Virus record (IMG/VR): IMGVR_UViG_3300008116_008172
Coordinates: 1-57,738 of that record
Origin: a virus
Taxonomy: Duplodnaviria; Caudoviricetes
Direction: 5' to 3' (one strand)
Length of the DNA stretch: 57,738 bases
In this document: positions 1-8,678 of the stretch, in pieces
Layout: each line of letters starts with the position of its first letter
Numbering within the stretch: position 1 is the first letter of the stretch
Notes under the pieces: model-generated
The model's input: the letters and a program-made list of their open reading frames with translations, nothing else
Database searches by the model: none
What the model was told of the DNA's origin: nothing
Made by a program: the position numbers and the translations under genes

Positions 1-657
1 AAGGGTGGAGAATTAAGTGAAGAAAATATTGTATTCAAAATTCTTCGCGCTATGGGTCATCTTGACAAACTCAAGGATGGCATCAATAAGATTTACGACA
101 AAAAGATGAGCGTGAAAGAAGGATTGTTTTCCAAAATGTTTGGATCTCAAGAAGTCATAAAATACGAAGTTCGATCATACGATGGTGGAAGAAAATACAC
201 CGCAACACAGGATGGAAAACAAATTGGAAGTGCAACTGTTGAAGATTCTGATGAAGGTGATTCAATACTTCTTGATATATGGGTCAACTCTTCACACAGA
301 AATCTTGGCATTGGCAAAAAATTAATGGCTATGATTTTGAAGAAAGAGAAAAAATCAATCAGGCTTGAGCCAGTCGATCAAAGGACAAAAGATTGGTATA
401 CAAGATTGGGATTTGTTCCTACTGGAGAGGGAGAATGGATGAAATTAAAAGAAATTGCCATAATACCAAGTGGATACAAAAAAGAGGTATTAAGAGTGGC
501 AAATTCAATTTACAATTATGAAATGAGAACTCAGAGTCAAATAGAACAGGCGGACTTGGAAAATATACTAAATTTGTTGTCTAAAAGATTTAATGTTAAT
601 ATAGACGATGTACACCATGACATTGCCAGAGCGTTGCATAACTTGAGAAAAAAATAA
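1..657 (+). CDS. 5'-partial multidomain protein: tail of a conserved phage nucleotidyltransferase-like protein, then a GNAT acetyltransferase domain and a short C-terminal module
   Basis: Frame is open from base 1 (KGGELSEENIVFKILRAMGHLDKLK), resembling the GEFSxENLVFKxLR C-terminus of large-phage NTase-like proteins; GNAT motif A IWVNSSHRNLGIGKKLM and WYTRLGF. Confidence 0.65.
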   Translation, partial: KGGELSEENIVFKILRAMGHLDKLKDGINKIYDKKMSVKEGLFSKMFGSQEVIKYEVRSYDGGRKYTATQDGKQIGSATVEDSDEGDSILLDIWVNSSHRNLGIGKKLMAMILKKEKKSIRLEPVDQRTKDWYTRLGFVPTGEGEWMKLKEIAIIPSGYKKEVLRVANSIYNYEMRTQSQIEQADLENILNLLSKRFNVNIDDVHHDIARALHNLRKK

Positions 658-682
658 AACCCCGATTTCTCGGGGTTTTTTG
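656..682. terminator. Bidirectional rho-independent terminator
   Basis: AAAACCCCGA-TTTC-TCGGGGTTTTTT between convergent genes. Confidence 0.85.
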
Positions 683-702
683 TTATGTGAATTGTTTTTG
701 AA

Positions 703-927
703 TTATTGTTTCTTCTTTCTGTCTGGTGGCGGTGGTAGCTTTGCCTTGTCTTCTGGTGTCATCTTTTCTCTTTCTTCCTTGTCCAGTCTACCATTTTTGT
801 TTGTGTCATACTTGGCGATGATTGCCTTCTGCTCGTCAGTCAATACTGGCCCGCCTTTCTTTTCACCTTTTTCTGCGGCGAAAACTGATACTGCTGCTAA
901 CAATGCTATTGCGATATACTTCTTCAT
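703..927 (-). CDS. Small secreted EF-hand protein
   Basis: Sec signal peptide MKKYIAIALLAAVSVFA; canonical EF-hand loop DTNKNGRLDKEE. Confidence 0.75.
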   Translation of the reverse strand: MKKYIAIALLAAVSVFAAEKGEKKGGPVLTDEQKAIIAKYDTNKNGRLDKEEREKMTPEDKAKLPPPPDRKKKQ

Positions 928-1031
928 GTTTATCCTTTTGTTGTTTCAACCATAATCGGTTGATACCATCTATAACTATCACATAACATATTGCAGTCAA
1001 TAACATTTACACAAGATTTACAAAATTGCAA

Positions 1032-1059
1032 TTGACATAATATATTGTTTATACATAAT
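1032..1059 (+). promoter_or_regulatory. Sigma70-like promoter
   Basis: TTGACA-N16-CATAAT, 8 nt upstream of ATG 1068. Confidence 0.6.
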
Positions 1060-1067
1060 ATTTTTGT

Positions 1068-1766
1068 ATGAAAATCAAGTTTGCAAGATTTGGTGGATTA
1101 AGTTCTGTCAATCAAAGAGGTTATAGCAGCGATGTTGGATATCATAGTCCTCCGTGTCGTCGTGGATTTTATGCATTTGTTTGGCCTCATTACGATTTCT
1201 TTCTTCTAAGTAACGGAAAGACTACAAGTTATCCGTGGGCAATCGGAACCAAGTTTAGTTATGTCAAAGATAGCAAGGGTAATGTCATTGATGACAAACA
1301 TCCAGAGCACGAAGAACTTTCCGAGGGTCACAAGTATTGGAGTGTTCCTACCAAGTCTTGGAGTAATCATATGGATGCTTGGTACGATATGGAAAAAGAT
1401 GTACCGTATCCAAGTTCGGAGTATAACAAGATGCGAGAGGAGTTTGATTCTAAATGGGAAGTTGAAAATCCAAATGTCGGAAAATATGTTCTTATTCAAA
1501 AACCTTCCCCGAAAATCTTTGAATATACTGGAAATATTTGGCATCACCTTGGCGAGTATCTTAGTCCAAGCGGTGTGATTAAGAAGAAAGGTGGATGGAC
1601 TCTTTCAGCTTTTGATGAATACAAACATGCGCTTGAGAAAGATATGCACGCCGCAATTAAACTTCAAACACACCAATATAACCAACGAAAGATTCCTTAC
1701 TCAACAAAAAATCCTTACAATGGAGTTTGTAAGGATCATTTGGAAGTTTTTATTGAAAAACTTTAG
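1068..1766 (+). CDS. Hypothetical protein
   Basis: 232-aa ORF with its own promoter; no family recognised. Confidence 0.7.
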   Translation: MKIKFARFGGLSSVNQRGYSSDVGYHSPPCRRGFYAFVWPHYDFFLLSNGKTTSYPWAIGTKFSYVKDSKGNVIDDKHPEHEELSEGHKYWSVPTKSWSNHMDAWYDMEKDVPYPSSEYNKMREEFDSKWEVENPNVGKYVLIQKPSPKIFEYTGNIWHHLGEYLSPSGVIKKKGGWTLSAFDEYKHALEKDMHAAIKLQTHQYNQRKIPYSTKNPYNGVCKDHLEVFIEKL

Positions 1767-2242
1767 ATTTCGTAGAATCCGTTTTTAATTTTTTCTTGAT
1801 ATTCTTTGTCCAAGCGAGCAATCATTTGATCCACGGGCTCATCTCTTGTTGCCATATTGTATCTTAGACGAAAATAATCTTCTTCACCTTTAATCTTATC
1901 CCACTCTACACTTGAGTCACTTGTGTAAGCGTACAACGTAGGTTGTTCTTCATTTTCTGGATCAAGTGGTACCACCTCATACGCCGTCGATCCTTCACGT
2001 TCGGCATCAACGTCTTCATAGTCAGAATTCACGCCAACTTCTTCTTGATGGTCATACAACCACTTAACAACTTGCTCTTCGTCCATTCCTTTTAGTTCTG
2101 GGAACTTGTCCGTATCAATTACATATTCTCCTTTTCCACAATATGTGACATAACTTTCTCCGTGCATAAATCTTAATTTCATAATATTATTTTCTCCAAA
2201 TCCATTTACTATGTCCACAGTCCCATATTCTGTCAAATCCAT
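1763..2242 (-). CDS. Hypothetical acidic protein
   Basis: 159-aa ORF, overlapping the 3' end of the upstream minus-strand gene. Confidence 0.6.
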   Translation of the reverse strand: MDLTEYGTVDIVNGFGENNIMKLRFMHGESYVTYCGKGEYVIDTDKFPELKGMDEEQVVKWLYDHQEEVGVNSDYEDVDAEREGSTAYEVVPLDPENEEQPTLYAYTSDSSVEWDKIKGEEDYFRLRYNMATRDEPVDQMIARLDKEYQEKIKNGFYEI

Positions 2243-3689
2243 TATTTTTCATGTTTTCCCATTCAGACATTTCTGGGTCAAACTTCTCTAATCTTTCTGC
2301 CAACTTGTTTTTCTGAAACATTTGTCTGTTGAACAGTGCTTTATAGTCTGGCGAGATATAATAGTAACCTTGTGGAGTATAGCTTTCAAACTTCATTCCC
2401 AATTTACTGTATACATCACCTGAAAAATATCTTCTGTCAGAATAACTTACTATGTTATTTGGAGAATAGTCGTGTAGAAATACATTAAATAATTTGCTTG
2501 CACCACCATGTATCTTTGTATTTAGCGCGTTGCAAAATCTGGATATTTCCCATTCGCACTTTTTGTCAAATCTACTCTTGCAGAAAGTCATAATACTGAC
2601 AAGTGTGCCTTTGTAGAATAGTCCATATGCCACAGACGACTTGTCGTTGCCTTGAATGTGACAATTATTCAGAAAGTCTTTCTTGGTGTTAGAGTCTACT
2701 TTCTTGATATCACACTCTCTGCCATGAATCTTGGCAACAAATCCGCCAAGAGTTTGTCTAATAATGGATTTTACAATGTTTTGTTTTTGCAGCCATTCGT
2801 TTTCAAATATATGAATCAGTTTTATACCCTTCTCTTCACATGCTTGTGTTTTTTCCAAGTGATAATTTTTTGAAACTCGAACGCTTTCCTTGTGCCAATA
2901 CAGTCCATTATATTCAATAGCTATGTTCAGATCTGGAATATAGAAGTCTAATTCTTTTCCATTAAGAACTGTTCGGTTGTTTCTTGATATCAACTTGCCA
3001 TTAAGTTCACTGTTTAGAAAGTCTAGCAGCGATTTTTCTCCTGTGTTCTTTTTGTCTGGATAACACAGTTCACAGAATACATTGTTAGGAACATATACTG
3101 TAGAGTCGAATGTGTTGCTGCACTTATTGCACCTAAACTTGTATGATTTGGAAAAATGATATCCTTCATACTCATCTGGTTGTATTAGCCATGTAAGATT
3201 GTTAGCGGCAAACAATGCAGATAGATCGGTGTAATGATTTTCTTGTTTGCGCTTGCTTCTGCGAGATATAACTTCGTCGGCTTTGCCGGGATTGTCTACA
3301 CCATATTTGTCAATCCATGTTTGTTTTATCTGTTCTCTTAATGGACTGTTTGCAGATAATACATTTTCTACCCCATAGTTCTGTACAGTTGTTCTCTTAG
3401 CTTTGTCTTGTATAGACTTTACTTGCATGGCATATTCTTTGCCATACTTTTCAGACATAGAAGTCTTGTATCGTTCTTGTGTCTCTTTCGTCTTCATGGC
3501 GTGACCGCCATATTTTTCATTGAATGTATTTTCTACACCTTGTCTGTTTTTTTCCTTGACATCTGGTGAATTGGCAGAGCAAGACTTGCTACAATACTTC
3601 TTGGGCTTGTATTTCTTATATTCGAATACAATTTCACATGTTGGGCATGTAGATTTAATAATGGTGTCTGCGCTTCTAGGTCTGGCCAT
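2187..3689 (-). CDS. Hef-like/Vsr-type homing endonuclease with Zn fingers, KYG repeats and a C-terminal Mom/GNAT-like domain
   Basis: CPTC..YCSKSC; KYGGH/KYGKE/NYGVEN/KYGVDN repeats; CNKC..CELC; nuclease motif ELDFYIPDLNIAIEYNGLYWH; C-terminal WEISRFC..GGASKL..SYSDRR..IWDCG. Confidence 0.75.
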   Translation of the reverse strand: MARPRSADTIIKSTCPTCEIVFEYKKYKPKKYCSKSCSANSPDVKEKNRQGVENTFNEKYGGHAMKTKETQERYKTSMSEKYGKEYAMQVKSIQDKAKRTTVQNYGVENVLSANSPLREQIKQTWIDKYGVDNPGKADEVISRRSKRKQENHYTDLSALFAANNLTWLIQPDEYEGYHFSKSYKFRCNKCSNTFDSTVYVPNNVFCELCYPDKKNTGEKSLLDFLNSELNGKLISRNNRTVLNGKELDFYIPDLNIAIEYNGLYWHKESVRVSKNYHLEKTQACEEKGIKLIHIFENEWLQKQNIVKSIIRQTLGGFVAKIHGRECDIKKVDSNTKKDFLNNCHIQGNDKSSVAYGLFYKGTLVSIMTFCKSRFDKKCEWEISRFCNALNTKIHGGASKLFNVFLHDYSPNNIVSYSDRRYFSGDVYSKLGMKFESYTPQGYYYISPDYKALFNRQMFQKNKLAERLEKFDPEMSEWENMKNNGFDRIWDCGHSKWIWRK

Positions 3690-3815
3690 AATATGCTTTA
3701 AGTTTGTAAGTAGCTTATGATTATATATCTAAATAGTCAATAAAAAAATTATTGACGTATATTTATTTATTAGTAGTGAAAATATACACTAAACAATCAT
3801 TAACCCAATAAGACT

Positions 3816-4310
3816 ATGGCAGAACTACTAGAATCAAACGAAATATTCTTCACGGCATTTGAACCAAAAGTTCAAAACCGTTTCATCGTAAACATTGACG
3901 GCGTACCTGCGTACCTAATCAAAGCAGCCGCTCGTCCTTCGATCACAAATGGAACAATTACGCTTGATCACATCAACCTAAAGCGCAAGCTTAAGGGTAA
4001 GAGTGAATGGCAAGACGTTTCAATCACTCTGTATGATCCAATTGTTCCTTCTGCTGCACAAGCTATGATGGAATGGGTGCGTCTTGCTCACGAATCTGTA
4101 ACAGGTCGTAACGGCTATGCTGACTTCTACAAGAAAGACATCACCATCAATGTTCTTGGACCTGTTGGTGACAAAGTTGAAGAATGGCAATTGAAGGGCG
4201 CATTCCCATCAACCGTTGACTTCAATGGTAGTGGTCTTGATTGGGCAAGCAACGAAGCATTGCTCATCAATGTCACACTAACTTACGACTACGCAATCTT
4301 GCAGTACTAA
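3816..4310 (+). CDS. Tail tube protein (T4 gp19-like)
   Basis: FEPKVQNRF, GKSEWQDVSITLYDPI, EWVRLAHES, YKKDITINVLGPVGDKVEEWQLKGAFP, TLTYDYA. Confidence 0.9.
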   Translation: MAELLESNEIFFTAFEPKVQNRFIVNIDGVPAYLIKAAARPSITNGTITLDHINLKRKLKGKSEWQDVSITLYDPIVPSAAQAMMEWVRLAHESVTGRNGYADFYKKDITINVLGPVGDKVEEWQLKGAFPSTVDFNGSGLDWASNEALLINVTLTYDYAILQY

Positions 4311-4332
4311 GATATTTTCGTCAAGATTACAC

Positions 4333-4361
4333 AAAAACCCAGCGTCAATGCTGGGTTTTTT
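4333..4361 (+). terminator. Rho-independent terminator
   Basis: AAAAACCCAGC-GTCAAT-GCTGGGTTTTTT after the tail tube gene. Confidence 0.85.
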
Positions 4362-4519
4362 GTTGTAAAAATACATGTAAGAACTAATAAGCTTGACAAC
4401 TTTTATCGTCCCCCCTATAACCCCTATATAACAATTTGTTTTACATAAGTTAATTATAATTTTTTATACAGTAGTTGATATTTATATATACTCTGTACAA
4501 AACAACAAGGAAACACTCT

Positions 4520-4981
4520 ATGAAAAAATCAGAACTCAAAGCATTAATACGTGAAGCCGTGGAAGAAGTGATGAATGAATTTTCACCACTTGGTGTTGCT
4601 GAAACACAGCAACTACATGAAAAAGCACCACCCGATTTTCCAAAGGCATTGCACGATAAGCTGTTAAAGCAATATAAGGATGATGAAAGTAAAGCATATG
4701 CCACAATGTGGAAAATCTTCTATGCCAAGAAAGGCGGTAACAAGAGAGTTGATGAAATGTGGACAGCTTTTGAAAACAAGAGTTTGAATGAAGCAGAAGA
4801 AAAGGGTCAGGATGAAGAGCATGACGAAACTGATTTGAGTAATCCAGAAGAAAATCGTGAAGTTGAATTGGCAAACAAGATCAAAAAGCTTGCTGATGAA
4901 TTGTTGAGCATGCACGGAGTAAAAGACGAAGAGGGTGAAAAAGAAGAGAATGATAAAAAAGAATCAGATGAAAAAGTCTGA
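4520..4981 (+). CDS. Putative virion/internal head protein with MKKSELK leader
   Basis: Start reassigned to ATG 4520 (MKKSELKALIREAVEEVMNE), preceded by TATTTAT at 4479; acidic C-terminus. Confidence 0.7.
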   Translation: MKKSELKALIREAVEEVMNEFSPLGVAETQQLHEKAPPDFPKALHDKLLKQYKDDESKAYATMWKIFYAKKGGNKRVDEMWTAFENKSLNEAEEKGQDEEHDETDLSNPEENREVELANKIKKLADELLSMHGVKDEEGEKEENDKKESDEKV

Positions 4982-5528
4982 ACTTAAACAAGTCATTAGC
5001 GAGATTGTTCGCCGTAAGATGGGTGAAAAAACTTCATCTTACGGCTATGTTATGAAGCCAATGGCTGGTGACGATCCTAGTGATCCAAGATTACAGTTGA
5101 TTGGTTATGGAAATATGCCAAAGAGTTATTGGCAAAAAAAGCTAGAAAAGTATGCGGAAGAATTGCTACAAAGAGTTAAGGATGAAGATTGGAAAACAGC
5201 AGCATATTTCATGGAGAAAAACAGTGTGTTTAATCTTGCGGTCAACATGATGAAGGATATTTCATCAGACGATCTCAAGGAACAATTGGGTACAGACAAT
5301 GAAGAAACACAACAAGATCCAAAAGACATCAGAAAACAAAAGGAAATGGAATCCTTGAAAAAGAAACAAAGTGATTTGAATGACAAAATCAGACAAATTG
5401 ACGCAAACAAGCAAAAACTAGAAGATCCTATTCGCAGAAAAATTCAAGACTTGGAAAGAAGAAAAGCACCAGAAGTAAAAAAGCTTGGTGCAGTTACCAA
5501 ACAAATTCAAGATCTACAAGACACATGA
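4968..5528 (+). CDS. Putative internal head protein with MKKSELK leader and C-terminal coiled coil
   Basis: MKKSELKQVISEIV start at 4968, overlapping the previous stop. Confidence 0.7.
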   Translation: MKKSELKQVISEIVRRKMGEKTSSYGYVMKPMAGDDPSDPRLQLIGYGNMPKSYWQKKLEKYAEELLQRVKDEDWKTAAYFMEKNSVFNLAVNMMKDISSDDLKEQLGTDNEETQQDPKDIRKQKEMESLKKKQSDLNDKIRQIDANKQKLEDPIRRKIQDLERRKAPEVKKLGAVTKQIQDLQDT

Positions 5529-6715
5529 AAAAATCAGAACTCAAGAAAATTATATCAGAAGCAGTGATGGAAGTAATGTATGAACAATCATTGCCAACCG
5601 GAGTTAGCTCAAAGGCAATTATTCCTATTAGTCAATTTGTGCAACGTGCAGATCAGGTTGATGAAGCAGAAGGTGATTTTCTTGGTGCCAGAACATCAAC
5701 AATGTCGCCAGAAGAAATGCAGGCATATTTGGCAAGAATCAAGTCTGGCGAAAAAGCAGTAACAGACAAATATAAGATGCCATATATTCATGGCGGCAAT
5801 ATTGAAATCAAGAATGAAGCTGGTCAAACATATGACTTGGACAAGCTCAAAGCGTCAATCATGACTCGTCCAAAGCAGATCTTGAAGCAAAATGCAAAGA
5901 TGGCAAAGAGTGCAGGTGAAGACACAATGTTCTTTGACATTGGACTACCTGCATTAAAAGGTTTGGCAGTAAATGAAAAAACAGGAGAATTTATCATTGT
6001 TGATACATGCCCCGGTGCAGGTGCATGCAAAGTATACTGCTATGCCAAAAAAGGCGGCTATGTTCAATGGAAAGATGCATCAATGTCTCAAACCAGACTG
6101 TTGAACTTTCTTGTTAACGATCCACAAGGATTCAAGACACAATTTGAAAACGAACTTCGCGCCAAAGCAACAAGTCTTATCAAAAGAGGTAAAAAAGTAA
6201 TTGTTCGTTGGCATGATGCGGGAGACTTTTTCAGTCCAGAATATCTTGATCTTGCTTATGGCATTGCCAAGGATTTTCCAGATGTTCTTTTCTATGCATA
6301 TACCAAGATGGCAAGTGTGGCAAAGAGTCAGAAGCCATCAAACTTTATCATCAATTTCTCAATGGGTGCAACGCCAGAACAAGAAAAGCAAATTGATTTT
6401 GGAAAAGATAAACATTCAACTGTTGTACCAAAACCAATGTTTGACAAATATGTGCTGAAAGATGAAAAGGGTAAAGCAATCAGAGATGAAAAGAATAGAA
6501 TTCAATTCAAAGATGAAGCGGCATTGCAATCATTCAAGAAAGACTTGGCAATGAAATACAATGTACCAGTTGAAAGCATTCTTACATATGACGAAATGAT
6601 CAAGACACCGCAGTCAAATGAAGAAGGTAAGTATAACATTATTGTTGTGCCGGGCGATGGCGACGTAAGTGCATCACGCAGAGATGTCAAAGGCACATAT
6701 CTATTAATTCATTGA
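5525..6715 (+). CDS. GP88-family (radical-SAM-like) protein with MKKSELK leader
   Basis: TCPGAGACKVYCYA Cys cluster, VRWHDAGDFFSPEY, FYAYTK, NFIINFS. Confidence 0.75.
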   Translation: MKKSELKKIISEAVMEVMYEQSLPTGVSSKAIIPISQFVQRADQVDEAEGDFLGARTSTMSPEEMQAYLARIKSGEKAVTDKYKMPYIHGGNIEIKNEAGQTYDLDKLKASIMTRPKQILKQNAKMAKSAGEDTMFFDIGLPALKGLAVNEKTGEFIIVDTCPGAGACKVYCYAKKGGYVQWKDASMSQTRLLNFLVNDPQGFKTQFENELRAKATSLIKRGKKVIVRWHDAGDFFSPEYLDLAYGIAKDFPDVLFYAYTKMASVAKSQKPSNFIINFSMGATPEQEKQIDFGKDKHSTVVPKPMFDKYVLKDEKGKAIRDEKNRIQFKDEAALQSFKKDLAMKYNVPVESILTYDEMIKTPQSNEEGKYNIIVVPGDGDVSASRRDVKGTYLLIH

Positions 6716-6718
6716 TGT

Positions 6719-7897
6719 ATGAGCGAAGCTGAAGATCAATTGATTGATATTGAAGAAAATCTCCACAAATGGTTCAAGGAGAAATGGGTAAGGTTTGGGC
6801 CAGATGGAAAAATTCGTGGAGCATGTGCACGAGGAAAAGAAAGCGAAGGTAAACCAAAATGTCGTCCATTAAAGTCTGCACAAGCAATGGGCAAGAAAGC
6901 CAGAGCAAAAGCTGCACGCAGAAAGCGCCGTGAAGATCCAAATCCAGATCGTACAGGAAAAGCAAAGAACGTAAAAACCGAGGAAATTATGAACGAAAAT
7001 CACATTTGTCCAATTTGCGGCGGTGAACTTGTATCAGAAATGCTGATGAATGAAAAGAAAGATGCGTGCTATTACAAGGTCAAGTCACGCTACAAAGTTT
7101 GGCCAAGTGCATATGCATCTGGAGCACTTGTTAAGTGCCGCAAAAAAGGCGCAAAGAATTGGGGCAATAAATCAGAAGGATTTGAACCAGTTGATGAAGC
7201 ATGTTGGAAAGGCTACCACAAAGAAGGTAACAAAAAGATGTTTGGTAAAACATATCCAAACTGTGTAAAGAACACAAACGAACAAGAAGAATTGGATGAA
7301 AAATGGAGCGAGAAATACAAACGCAGTATAGATTGCAGCCATCCAAAAGGATTTAGTCAAAGAGCACATTGTCAAGGTCGCAAAAAAACCGAGGAAGAAA
7401 TTATGAAAGAACAACAACTTAAAGAAGCCATTAAGAAATTGGTCAAGGAAGTATATGAAGAACAGGCTCAACAGGATGAATGTTGGGAATGTTATGAAGC
7501 CGCTATGGAAGAAGGTACCAATGAAGCTTGGGAAGAATGCTATAAGAAAACAAATTGGAGTATGATTCCAGAAGGCGACGAACATACTTGCGAAGGTGAT
7601 GAATTCTATGAGATATACGGAGACATCAACGCAGATGCAAAAGAAAATCTTGAAGAAGCAGAATATCGTGGTCGCAAAGTACCACTCGGTAAACCAATGC
7701 GCGGAGATGTTAAAAAATTCAAAGTGTTTGTTCGCAATCCATCGACTGGAAAAGTAAAAAAGGTCAATTTTGGCGACAAGAACATGCGCATCAAAAAGAG
7801 CAATCCAAAGCGCCGCAAGAGTTTCAGAGCAAGACACAACTGTGCAAATCCGGGACCAAGAACAAAAGCACGCTATTGGTCGTGCCGCAAATGGTAA
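6719..7897 (+). CDS. Modular protein of small basic Cys-containing domains separated by acidic linkers
   Basis: Modules KWFKEKWV..C..KPKCRP; CPICG; KKDACYYKVKSRYKVWPSAYASGALVKCRK; ACWKGY..PNCVK; KWSEKYKRSIDCSHPKGFSQRAHC; AEYRGRKV..FRARHNC..ARYWSCRKW. Confidence 0.75.
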   Translation: MSEAEDQLIDIEENLHKWFKEKWVRFGPDGKIRGACARGKESEGKPKCRPLKSAQAMGKKARAKAARRKRREDPNPDRTGKAKNVKTEEIMNENHICPICGGELVSEMLMNEKKDACYYKVKSRYKVWPSAYASGALVKCRKKGAKNWGNKSEGFEPVDEACWKGYHKEGNKKMFGKTYPNCVKNTNEQEELDEKWSEKYKRSIDCSHPKGFSQRAHCQGRKKTEEEIMKEQQLKEAIKKLVKEVYEEQAQQDECWECYEAAMEEGTNEAWEECYKKTNWSMIPEGDEHTCEGDEFYEIYGDINADAKENLEEAEYRGRKVPLGKPMRGDVKKFKVFVRNPSTGKVKKVNFGDKNMRIKKSNPKRRKSFRARHNCANPGPRTKARYWSCRKW

Positions 7898-7917
7898 TCT
7901 TTTAAAATCACACTATT

Positions 7918-8667
7918 ATGAAAAAATCAGAACTAAAATCACTACTTAAAATCATCGTTGAAGAAGTTCAATTTGCCACCAAAAAAGGAAAGTTGTCCGA
8001 AGGCAAAGGACTTTCTGGAATGAAGAAAGCACCAGAATCAACCGAACACACAGAGAAAGTTGCAGATTCAAAAGATCTTACGGGTGGCGCACCTGTTGAA
8101 AAAGAAGAAGGTAAAAAACTTCCCGTGGTCAAGAAGCCATCCAACCCACAAAAAGTTGGAGATCTTAAGGAAGAAATCTTAAAGATGATCCGCGAAGAAA
8201 TTGACGAAATGGCTCGGGTCAAAGGAGCGGTTGGATCAAAGTTCAAAGTTCAAGATTCAAATTCACCAACAGGATGGTCTGTTAAAGGACACAAAACAAT
8301 TCCAGATGGTACACCAACAGAAGCACCAAAAGGACCATATGTTCCAAAAGGAACAGGTATGGGTCGTCCATCAAAGACAGATACATCTGTAGGAGCAGAA
8401 CCAACCGAAGCAGCAAATTCAAAAATCGTTGTGATCTTTGATGGTGACAATCTTGGTGAACTTGACATGAACAGAGTAAAAGGTTCACTCATGGGATATG
8501 TAAAATCATTCTTGGGTGGAAACAATGTATTCTTGGACATATACAAAATTGATCCATCAGTTCAAGCAAAGCTTGATGAATTGAGCGACATGTACTCTGA
8601 TGGGAAATTGTCAGTTGGTACAGAACTAAATCTTATCGTTGATAAAGACACCGTAAAGGCGGTTTGA
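7918..8667 (+). CDS. Putative internal head protein with MKKSELK leader
   Basis: MKKSELKSLLKIIVEEV; second internal leader-like helix LKEEILKMIREEIDE followed by MARVKG. Confidence 0.7.
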   Translation: MKKSELKSLLKIIVEEVQFATKKGKLSEGKGLSGMKKAPESTEHTEKVADSKDLTGGAPVEKEEGKKLPVVKKPSNPQKVGDLKEEILKMIREEIDEMARVKGAVGSKFKVQDSNSPTGWSVKGHKTIPDGTPTEAPKGPYVPKGTGMGRPSKTDTSVGAEPTEAANSKIVVIFDGDNLGELDMNRVKGSLMGYVKSFLGGNNVFLDIYKIDPSVQAKLDELSDMYSDGKLSVGTELNLIVDKDTVKAV

Positions 8668-8678
8668 TATACAAACAT

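Noticed and set aside
4475-4519. ORF-track upstream starts (also 4935, 8664, 16816, 25385, 26685, 31741, 39793, 43384, 51589)
   Set aside because: These extensions run through promoter, terminator or overlapping sequence; downstream ATGs fit motifs and gene coupling better
7172-7837. 221-aa Phe-rich minus-strand ORF
   Set aside because: Antisense to a K/E-rich gene; composition explained by complementary codons
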